Below are positions 27,280-34,029 of a stretch of 64,000 nucleotides of DNA, piece by piece. The notes below the pieces were generated by a model that searched no databases, had not been told where the DNA came from, and saw only the letters and a list, made by a program, of their open reading frames with translations. A program made the position numbers and the translations under genes. Numbering within the stretch: position 1 is the stretch's first letter; each line of letters begins with the position of its first letter. The stretch spans positions 8,390 to 72,389 of the forward strand of contig JAFYNM010000009.1 of assembly GCA_017549765.1 (NCBI GenBank). Direction: 5' to 3'. This DNA is from Bacteroidales bacterium (GTDB lineage Bacteria > Bacteroidota > Bacteroidia > Bacteroidales > WCHB1-69).

Positions 27280-27951
27280 TTATTTGAAGTAGTTTCTCGC
27301 CCCAAAAATGGCGCTCCCGACCCGAACAAAGGTACTCCCCTCCTCGATGGCTATCGAATAGTCGTCGGTCATGCCCATGGAGATCTCTTTGAAATCCTCA
27401 TGATCTGCAAAAAAATCTGTCTTGAGCGATTGGAAGATGTCGTGCAGGTGGCGAAATTCCCGACGCACCTGCTCCATGTCTTCTGTGAAGGTAGCCATAC
27501 CCATCACGCCGCAAATCTTCACGTTGTGCAAAGTGGGGAAGACCTCGCCTTGGAGCATCTCGCGGCACTCCTCCAGGGTAAAGCCGAACTTGGTGGTTTC
27601 CTGCGCGATATGGAACTGGAGCAGGCAGGGGATGACGCGTTCGTTTTTCGCGGCCAGCCTGTTGACCTCCACCAACAAAGGCTCACTGTCGATGCTATGG
27701 ATCATCGACACGAAGGGGGCGATGTATTTGATTTTGTTGGTCTGCAGGTGGCCGATGAAGTGCCATTGTATATCCTGGGGCAGTACCTCGTGTTTGGCCT
27801 TCATCTCCTGGGCCTTGTTCTCGCCGAAGAGCCGCTGGCCTTCCTCGTACAGTCGTTGGATATCCTCCACAGGCTTGGTCTTGGAAACCGCAATCAGGCG
27901 AGTGCTCTCGGGCAATTGGTGTAGAATCTGATGATATTTTTCAATGTTCAT
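27280..27951 (-). CDS. yggS: YggS-family pyridoxal-phosphate homeostasis protein
   Basis: 223 aa. LIAVSKTKP (PLP-Lys), HFIGHLQTNK and VRVGSAIFG. Confidence 0.88.
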   Translation of the reverse strand: MNIEKYHQILHQLPESTRLIAVSKTKPVEDIQRLYEEGQRLFGENKAQEMKAKHEVLPQDIQWHFIGHLQTNKIKYIAPFVSMIHSIDSEPLLVEVNRLAAKNERVIPCLLQFHIAQETTKFGFTLEECREMLQGEVFPTLHNVKICGVMGMATFTEDMEQVRREFRHLHDIFQSLKTDFFADHEDFKEISMGMTDDYSIAIEEGSTFVRVGSAIFGARNYFK

Positions 27952-27983
27952 AATGACAACTTTTCCTTAACGATAAAAACGCG

Positions 27984-27991
27984 CAAAGGTA
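27984..27991 (-). promoter_or_regulatory. -7 box TACCTTTG for yggS
   Basis: The plus strand reads CAAAGGTA, ~33 nt upstream of the start at 27951. Confidence 0.55.
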
Positions 27992-27994
27992 CAC

Positions 27995-28019
27995 AAAAAG
28001 TTGATGCGTTGATTCCCAA
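27995..28019 (-). repeat. 25-nt block TTGGGAATCAACGCATCAACTTTTT (minus sense), copy 1 of a dispersed element
   Basis: 23/25 identical to 33481-33505 on the opposite strand. In both places it sits between a heptamer array and a -7 box. Confidence 0.8.
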
Positions 28020-28047
28020 CTTCTAACTCCTAACTGATAACTGACAA
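28013..28047 (-). repeat. heptamer array abutting the priA stop codon (mRNA sense TTGTCAG TTATCAG TTAGGAG TTAGAAG TTGGGAA)
   Basis: Plus-strand units: TTCCCAA CTTCTAA CTCCTAA CTGATAA CTGACAA. The priA TGA is at 28053-28055. Confidence 0.8.
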
Positions 28048-28052
28048 CTCCC

Positions 28053-30566
28053 TCACGCGTCCACATTGATCACGCACCGTACCTGCTTGTAGGCTTTCTC
28101 CTGACGGAAGTCTTGAAGTACTTCTTGAAGTTGTTGTTTATACTGCGCCAACAGGTTGTCTTTGGGAAACTTAATCCAAATGTCTTGGATAAAATAATTC
28201 TGGATGCGGGCTACCAGCGGATATTCAGGTCCCAACACCCGTTGGGGAAAGGCGGCCCTCAACATCCCGGCCAGATGGGCGGCGGCGGCCGTCACCACCT
28301 GGTCGTCGGTATGCTTCAACGACAGTTTGATGACACGCACCACCGGCGGGAAATGAAACTCCCGCCGTTCCTGTATCTGACTCCGGTACATGGCCTGAAA
28401 GTCGTTGGTCTCCACATATTGCAGGGCTGGATGCTTGGGCTGGTAGGTCTGGATGATCACTTTTCCGTCGAGACCTTTTCTGCCGGCTCGCCCGCTCACC
28501 TGCGATAGCAGCTGGAATGCCCGCTCGAAAGCGCGGAAGTCGGGAAACGACAGCAACGCATCGGCATTGAGGATGCCCACCACGCTGACCCTGTCGAAAT
28601 CCAACCCTTTGGTGACCATCTGTGTGCCCACCAAGATGTCGGTTTTATGTTGTTCGAAGTCCGTGATGATCCGCTGATAGGCATTCTTGGAACGGGTGGT
28701 GTCCAGATCCATACGGGCTACGCGGGCTTCCGGAAAGAGCTCGGCCAACGACTCCTCAATTTTCTCTGTACCAAAACCTTTCATGGAGATGTCGGTGCTG
28801 TGGCACGTAGGACACACACGCGGCACCTCTATGGCATAACCACAGTAGTGACATTTGAGCAGGTTGGTGGCCTTATGGTAGGTCAGCGTGACATCGCAAT
28901 ATTTACAGGTCGGCATCTCCTCGCAGGTATGGCAAATCATCCGCACCGCATAGCCTCGCCGGTTCTGAAATAGGATGATCTGCTCTTTCTTTGCCAGCGC
29001 CTCCTCCATTTTCTCTATCAAGAAGTCGGAAAAGACCCCATGCACTTTGCGTTGCTTGTGGGCTTCCGACATATTGACCGTCCAAATATCCGGTAGTCGG
29101 CTGTCGGCAAAGCGTTCCATTAGATTCACAAGACCATATTTGCCTTGCTCCACATTGTAATAGCTTTCCAATGAAGGAGTTGCGGTTCCAAGCAACACAT
29201 GAGCTTGATGGATATGTCCCAACATGATAGCGCTGTCGCGGGCATGATAGCGCGGGGCAGGGTCCTGTTGCTTGTAGGAGGCGTCGTGCTCCTCGTCCAC
29301 AATGATGAGTCCTAAGTTCTGATAAGGCAGCAGCAACGCCGAGCGGGCACCTAAGATGAGCTGGTACTTGGAACTGTCGGTTGCCAGATCCTGTTCCAGC
29401 ACCCGCGACCAGATCTCCACCCGCTCATACTCGTTGAATCGGGAGTGATAGACGCCCACCTTCTCCCCGAAATATTTGCGGAGGCGGTTCACTATTTGCG
29501 AGGTGAGCGCAATCTCGGGCAGCAGATAGAGCACCTGCTGACCTCTCTTCAACACCTCATCAATCAACTTGATGTATATCTCCGTCTTGCCGCTGCCTGT
29601 CACGCCGTGCAATAACGTGACCGGGTGTCCGGCCATCTGATCGTGAATGCTGTCGAAGGCCCGCAGCTGGGCTTCCGACAATAGGATATTGGCGGGCAGA
29701 TCGTGGGAGGCTATGTCTGACAACCTGGACACGACCTTCTCTTCCACCACGAGATATCCTTTCTTTATCAGGGTCTGCCAACGGGCTGGCGAGACGGCTT
29801 CCACGCTCATCAGTTGACTCTTGGGAATGACTGCCCGAAAATTGTAGTGATCTCCTTCGCGCGCCTGCATCATGAAGGCCAATAATGCATCCGACTGCGG
29901 GGCTGTACGCGCGGAAGCACCCAACGCATCCAACAAGGCCATAAAGGGTTCTTCGGCAGCATAGTCGTCGGCCAACCGGACAAAAGACTCTTTCTTAGGC
30001 ACATAAGGATTCCTGATCTCCTCATCAGTCATAATAACCTTCTTGTCCACCAACGACTTGATAATGGAGATGATCTTCTGGACTTGCACCAGCTTAGCCA
30101 CCTCATCTACCGTCATGGCCTCATGATGCACCAAGGCTTCCACAATCTGCAACTCATAAGAGTTCAGCACCGAGACGTCCCCGTTAAAGTCAGGACGCAA
30201 CTTGATCTTCGTCTCGCTAGCCAGCTTCAGGGCGGAGGGCAGGGCGCAGGCCATCACCTCGCCGAGTGTGCACATGTAGTAGTTGGCCATCCATTGCCAC
30301 AAGGCATACTGTTTCTCGGATATGACAGGACGCGCGTCCACCACATCCATCACATATTTAGCTGTCGTCTTCGGGGTCTCCGTGTGTACCCGGACTACCA
30401 AGGCGGCATAGAGCTTGCTGCGCCCGAAAGGCACGATCACCCGCTTGCCGAAGTCCATCTGTCCTTCCAAATCCACGGGCACCCGATACGTGAACAACGA
30501 GGCCACTGGCAAAGGCAGCAGCACATCCACAAAAAAGGTCTTTCTCATCGATTCCTCCATCTGCAC
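28053..30566 (-). CDS. priA: primosomal protein N' (replication restart helicase PriA)
   Basis: Walker A GVTGSGKTE and DEEHD box. The Cys-rich zinc region is CHTCEE..CKYCD...CHYCG...CPTCHS. The true start may be the internal MRKTFF. Confidence 0.9.
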   Translation of the reverse strand: MQMEESMRKTFFVDVLLPLPVASLFTYRVPVDLEGQMDFGKRVIVPFGRSKLYAALVVRVHTETPKTTAKYVMDVVDARPVISEKQYALWQWMANYYMCTLGEVMACALPSALKLASETKIKLRPDFNGDVSVLNSYELQIVEALVHHEAMTVDEVAKLVQVQKIISIIKSLVDKKVIMTDEEIRNPYVPKKESFVRLADDYAAEEPFMALLDALGASARTAPQSDALLAFMMQAREGDHYNFRAVIPKSQLMSVEAVSPARWQTLIKKGYLVVEEKVVSRLSDIASHDLPANILLSEAQLRAFDSIHDQMAGHPVTLLHGVTGSGKTEIYIKLIDEVLKRGQQVLYLLPEIALTSQIVNRLRKYFGEKVGVYHSRFNEYERVEIWSRVLEQDLATDSSKYQLILGARSALLLPYQNLGLIIVDEEHDASYKQQDPAPRYHARDSAIMLGHIHQAHVLLGTATPSLESYYNVEQGKYGLVNLMERFADSRLPDIWTVNMSEAHKQRKVHGVFSDFLIEKMEEALAKKEQIILFQNRRGYAVRMICHTCEEMPTCKYCDVTLTYHKATNLLKCHYCGYAIEVPRVCPTCHSTDISMKGFGTEKIEESLAELFPEARVARMDLDTTRSKNAYQRIITDFEQHKTDILVGTQMVTKGLDFDRVSVVGILNADALLSFPDFRAFERAFQLLSQVSGRAGRKGLDGKVIIQTYQPKHPALQYVETNDFQAMYRSQIQERREFHFPPVVRVIKLSLKHTDDQVVTAAAAHLAGMLRAAFPQRVLGPEYPLVARIQNYFIQDIWIKFPKDNLLAQYKQQLQEVLQDFRQEKAYKQVRCVINVDA

Positions 30567-30575
30567 CTCCGCCCT

Positions 30576-31706
30576 TTAGTAGGTTGCCGGCAGGATGGTG
30601 TTGTCCAACACCTGCAGAAATTGAACATTTACATTCTCATAGCCTCCGTCAGGATGCTTGTCAAAGGAAAAATAGTAAGACAAAGGCGCCACTTTGACCT
30701 GATCATGATCCATGTCGTGACGAATCAGCTCCACAAAATACCGGACAATGTCATAACCTTGAAAAGCAAAATTCTTCAAGGTCGGCAGTGTGTTGAACTG
30801 CTTGGTGAACTTATAACTGAACAACTGCACCTGCTGGCTCTCAAAATCAACATAATAATCGGAGAAGAAGTGCAAGTTCAGTTTATCGTAGTATTCCACA
30901 TCATAGGTGTTGGAGAAGATCCATTTTTCAGGGACAACCATGGTAAGATGTTTGGGGTCCACGGCCTTGCCAGAGTAAAGCAACTTCTGGGAAAGGGTTA
31001 GACTCGTTGCCTCTCCATGATTCAGCACCACCAACACATTGTGCATATCGGAACGCAAGGCGTTGAGCACTCCTTGTATGGAATTGGCAGTTTGATACGA
31101 GATATGATGGGTGGTGAAATAGGAGACATAGGATTGGTACTCCACATTCTTTTTGGTAGAATCAGCATATAGGATGATCTGATGATGCGGCATATTGTCC
31201 ACCATAAAGGCCAGTGTGGCTGGGTTTGCCTCATCGGCAGGCGTTAACTTATAGACGTATTCATTGCCATCCAGAATGTCGCTGCGGGAGGTGAAGGGGT
31301 TCACGATGGGAATCTGATAGGTCTTGGCATACTGGGCAGCTATCTGGAACGGCTTGCTGAAAAGCGGGGCTATGATCAGATCCACCTGGCTCATCAACTC
31401 CCGGTCTTCCATGATGCTTTGCAATTTGGTTTCATTGTTGGTGATATCACGCACAATGATGTTGAGTGGGATATTTTGTTCCTCGTATTCTTGCAAAGCT
31501 ATTTGGGCTCCTCCCCAAAATCCCATCATCTGAAAAGAGGGAATATTGTTCAACTCTTTGCCAGTTCGGGCAACAGCAGAAGCATTCTCGTCATAAGTTG
31601 ATGAATAGAAAGGCATTAAAAAGAGGACGGTCTTTGCCGGCTGGGCCCACATCTGGACCGACAGACACAAAAGAATCAGCCATACTATACCTATTTTTTT
31701 TCTCAT
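30576..31706 (-). CDS. secreted periplasmic-binding-protein (type 1, LivK-like) fold protein
   Basis: Signal peptide MRKKIGIVWLILLCLSVQMWAQ. The alternating beta-alpha pattern resembles PBP1 substrate-binding proteins. The start was moved downstream of the promoter box that lies inside the track's longer ORF. Confidence 0.5.
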   Translation of the reverse strand: MRKKIGIVWLILLCLSVQMWAQPAKTVLFLMPFYSSTYDENASAVARTGKELNNIPSFQMMGFWGGAQIALQEYEEQNIPLNIIVRDITNNETKLQSIMEDRELMSQVDLIIAPLFSKPFQIAAQYAKTYQIPIVNPFTSRSDILDGNEYVYKLTPADEANPATLAFMVDNMPHHQIILYADSTKKNVEYQSYVSYFTTHHISYQTANSIQGVLNALRSDMHNVLVVLNHGEATSLTLSQKLLYSGKAVDPKHLTMVVPEKWIFSNTYDVEYYDKLNLHFFSDYYVDFESQQVQLFSYKFTKQFNTLPTLKNFAFQGYDIVRYFVELIRHDMDHDQVKVAPLSYYFSFDKHPDGGYENVNVQFLQVLDNTILPATY

Positions 31707-31732
31707 CTTTGCCTGATTTATGAATAAGGCAG

Positions 31733-31740
31733 CAAAAATA
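31733..31740 (-). promoter_or_regulatory. -7 box TATTTTTG for the PBP-like/priA operon
   Basis: The plus strand reads CAAAAATA, 27 nt upstream of the ATG at 31706. Confidence 0.55.
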
Positions 31741-31927
31741 ATCATTTCTTAGATACTGGGATGCATCATCTTAAAAAAACTGTTTTTCGCGTTCTTTCTA
31801 ATAACGGACCACTGCCATTGACAATAAAAGGGGAAAAAGCCCTCCCGTTGTGGCAAGCCCTTCCCCCCTTTACTTCCTTAAATCCTTACACCCTTAACTC
31901 CTCACACATCTTCATAACTTAATAGTT

Positions 31928-32329
31928 TCACAGTTTCATCACCTTTCCCGTCTGCACGCTGCCGTTGCGGAGAGTGGTTCGTACCATATAGACGCCTGCG
32001 GGCAGGTAGCCTACATGGATGTTGGCGGTAGTGCCTTCCGGGGACAGAGTGGCCACCAGCTTGCCAAACACATCGTAGAGCTCCACGCGGGAAATATTGT
32101 CCGATGAGATCTCCACGGTGAGCACCTCGCCGACAGGGTTGGGGTAGAGCGTGATGGCTTTAGGATCCCTCTCCACTTCCATCACACCAGAAATATGTTC
32201 CATCTCAACCAAAAATATGACGCCTGTGCTTATATAAATTTCTAACACTTTAAAACACAATAACATAATCAAGCATATAATTATATTTTGAGATGGAACA
32301 AAACAGGTTTTGAGAAGGTTCATGCGCAT
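31928..32329 (-). CDS. mini-ORF consisting essentially of a T9SS C-terminal sorting domain only (possible gene remnant)
   Basis: The C-terminal ~75 aa ITLYPNPVGEVLTVEISSDNISRVELYDVFGKLVA...GVYMVRT is a canonical type-A CTD. The upstream ~55 codons are AT-rich, with a sharp composition break near 32205. No cargo domain is present. Confidence 0.5.
   Translation of the reverse strand: MRMNLLKTCFVPSQNIIICLIMLLCFKVLEIYISTGVIFLVEMEHISGVMEVERDPKAITLYPNPVGEVLTVEISSDNISRVELYDVFGKLVATLSPEGTTANIHVGYLPAGVYMVRTTLRNGSVQTGKVMKL
32210..32217 (-). promoter_or_regulatory. -7 box TATTTTTG inside the mini-ORF, directly before the in-frame ATG at 32203
   Basis: The plus strand reads CAAAAATA. Use of this box would give a signal-less ~91-aa CTD-only product. 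Confidence 0.3.
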
Positions 32330-32360
32330 GATTACGTTGCTTCCGAATTGTTTTTTTGCC

Positions 32361-32368
32361 TACTTTTG
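32361..32368 (+). promoter_or_regulatory. -7 box TACTTTTG for LytTR/wHTH paralog 2
   Basis: Matches TAnnTTTG, 27 nt upstream of the ATG at 32395. This is the same spacing as for paralog 1. Confidence 0.55.
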
Positions 32369-32394
32369 CCACCTGATCATCAATTAAAACATGT

Positions 32395-33456
32395 ATGAAG
32401 AAAAAGAACACCTTCCTTTCCGTCTTGCTGAATGTTGTCTTCTGCGCCGCCCTGCTCTGGGTTTTCACCCGGAACTCGTTCCTGCGCCCCTTCTCCGGCA
32501 GCCAGACAAGGGAGTTCCTCATGGGTGTTGTCCTGCTGGGAATCCTTTACGCCAACTTTTTCCTGCTGTATCCGAAATTGTACGGAAGGCACCCTGTTCT
32601 ATACTGTGCCGTGGTGGCAGCGGTTTCTCTCTTGTCAGGCCTCTTGGAGATAGCGGTAGCGCACAAGAACATCGAATCATGCTGCGCACCCGTCATCCAG
32701 GCTTTTGGACCCTTCAACTACTACGCCAAGGTGATCCTCTTTGTTGCCGGTCGGAACCTTGCTTTCAATCTTTTCCCGTTCCTGTTACGGGAGAGGCAGC
32801 ATCTCCGGCAAGACTTGGACGAGGAAATACAGGTCGTCTATAAGGAGGCCAGGATGCTTGACGTCATCGATACAAACAGAGCTAAAAAATGCCACCTCGT
32901 TCCCATTGACGACATCTATTATTGTGAACAGAGCGGGAACTTCACCTCCGTCCACATGGTGCAAGACAACTGTTACACCCGGCTCGGTTCCATGCGGCAT
33001 CTGGAACAGCTCGTCGGGACAGACAACTTCATCCGCATATCCTCTTCCCTGCTGCTCCCCTACCGCCACATCAAGTCATGCAACGGCAGCGAGGTGTTTA
33101 TGAAGAAAACTCCTTGGATAAAAGATCCTGGGACTTTCAAGATAGATCCAAAATCTTGCCAAGAGGTTTCCGAGGCCATCTTCCTACACTTTCAGGAGGT
33201 CAAAATTCTAAAAAAAAGGGAAATGATGGAGCGGGCCAGAAAGAAACGGAACCCGATCAAGCCCTCCCCCGAGAAGATCGAGACGGTTCTCCTGCAAATC
33301 CAGAGACAGCCCGGATGCAGGGCCAATGGAATCGCCGACCAGACCCAATACTCACTCAGCACGGTGGAGCGCTGCCTTTCCGAACTGCGCAAGCGGGGCC
33401 TCGTTGAGTTCCGCGGCTCCAAGAAGAAAGGAGGATATTGGGTAGTTGAGAGTTAA
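32395..33456 (+). CDS. membrane-anchored LytTR-domain protein with a C-terminal winged-helix HTH (paralog 2)
   Basis: Same architecture as 2682..3764: VLLNVVFCAALLWVFTRNSFLRP, RNLAFNLFPFLLRERQ, LytTR core HLVPIDDIYYCEQSGNFTSVHM...FIRISSSLLLPYRHI, and wHTH STVERCLSELRKRGLVEFRGSKKKGGYWVV. Confidence 0.78.
   Translation: MKKKNTFLSVLLNVVFCAALLWVFTRNSFLRPFSGSQTREFLMGVVLLGILYANFFLLYPKLYGRHPVLYCAVVAAVSLLSGLLEIAVAHKNIESCCAPVIQAFGPFNYYAKVILFVAGRNLAFNLFPFLLRERQHLRQDLDEEIQVVYKEARMLDVIDTNRAKKCHLVPIDDIYYCEQSGNFTSVHMVQDNCYTRLGSMRHLEQLVGTDNFIRISSSLLLPYRHIKSCNGSEVFMKKTPWIKDPGTFKIDPKSCQEVSEAIFLHFQEVKILKKREMMERARKKRNPIKPSPEKIETVLLQIQRQPGCRANGIADQTQYSLSTVERCLSELRKRGLVEFRGSKKKGGYWVVES
33257..33436 (+). repeat. 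180-nt segment ~85% identical (153/180 by hand alignment) to 3541-3720, the wHTH-coding ends of the two paralogs
   Basis: Aligned by eye block by block. The longest identical run includes gtggagcgctgcctttccgaact. Confidence 0.85.
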
Positions 33457-33487
33457 GAGTTAGAAGTTAGAAGTTTGGTGTTGGAAA
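33446..33487 (+). repeat. heptamer array overlapping the stop codon of paralog 2 (TTGAGAG TTAAGAG TTAGAAG TTAGAAG TTTGGTG TTGGAAA)
   Basis: Read directly. The TAA stop (33454-33456) lies inside the unit TTAAGAG. Confidence 0.8.
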
Positions 33488-33505
33488 TCGACGCATCAAC
33501 TTTTT
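33481..33505 (+). repeat. 25-nt block TTGGAAATCGACGCATCAACTTTTT, copy 2 of the dispersed element
   Basis: 23/25 identical to the reverse complement of 27995-28019. It is followed after 3 nt by the ridA -7 box. Confidence 0.8.
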
Positions 33506-33508
33506 TCC

Positions 33509-33516
33509 TATCTTTG
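33509..33516 (+). promoter_or_regulatory. -7 box TATCTTTG for ridA
   Basis: Matches TAnnTTTG, ~63 nt upstream of the ATG at 33579. Confidence 0.55.
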
Positions 33517-33578
33517 CCGCTCGATTCAGGGTCTTGGCCCTGATGTATCTATCTTAAAATCCTTTAAAAAACCTCTCT

Positions 33579-33953
33579 ATGAAGAAAGTCATCCACACCA
33601 ACAACGCTCCGGCCGCTATCGGCCCTTATAGTCAAGCTATTGAAGCTAACGGTATGTTGTTCATCTCCGGTCAGATACCCGTCAACCCCGCCACCGGCGA
33701 AGTCCCGGAGGGCATCACCGCCCAGACCGAACAGGTGATGAAGAACATCGCCGCCATCTTGGAAGAGGCCGGCTACTCCTTCGACAACGTGGTGAAGACC
33801 ACCTGCCTGCTCAGCGACATCGCCAACTTCGCCGCCATGAACGAGGTCTATGCCACCCGCTTCCCGTCCAACCCGCCCGCCCGCGCCGCCTTCGCCGTAC
33901 GCGACCTGCCCAAAGGCGTGATGGTCGAGATCGAAGTGATCGCGGTAAAATAG
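33579..33953 (+). CDS. ridA: RidA family (YjgF/TdcF) reactive-intermediate deaminase
   Basis: 124 aa. [11 protein letters not shown]...FISGQIP...[21 protein letters not shown]. Confidence 0.9.
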   Translation: MKKVIHTNNAPAAIGPYSQAIEANGMLFISGQIPVNPATGEVPEGITAQTEQVMKNIAAILEEAGYSFDNVVKTTCLLSDIANFAAMNEVYATRFPSNPPARAAFAVRDLPKGVMVEIEVIAVK

Positions 33954-34029
33954 CTGTTGGCTGTTAGCTGTTGGCTATTAGCTTTTAGCTATGGACCAAC
34001 AGCAAAAAGCTAAAAGCCAAAGGCCAAGT
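33953..34029 (+). repeat. 11 in-phase heptamers (GCYNNNN) filling the whole ridA to ABC-F spacer
   Basis: GCTGTTG GCTGTTA GCTGTTG GCTATTA GCTTTTA GCTATGG ACCAACA GCAAAAA GCTAAAA GCCAAAG GCCAAGT, then ATG. The two halves are partly self-complementary (gcttttagct / agctaaaagc, 33981-33990 / 34008-34017). Confidence 0.85.

Noticed and set aside
27209-28047. Possibility that the short tandem repeats are a degenerate CRISPR array
   Set aside because: The unit length is 7 nt with no spacers and there are no cas genes. The arrays are split over several loci. The structure is microsatellite-like, not repeat-spacer.
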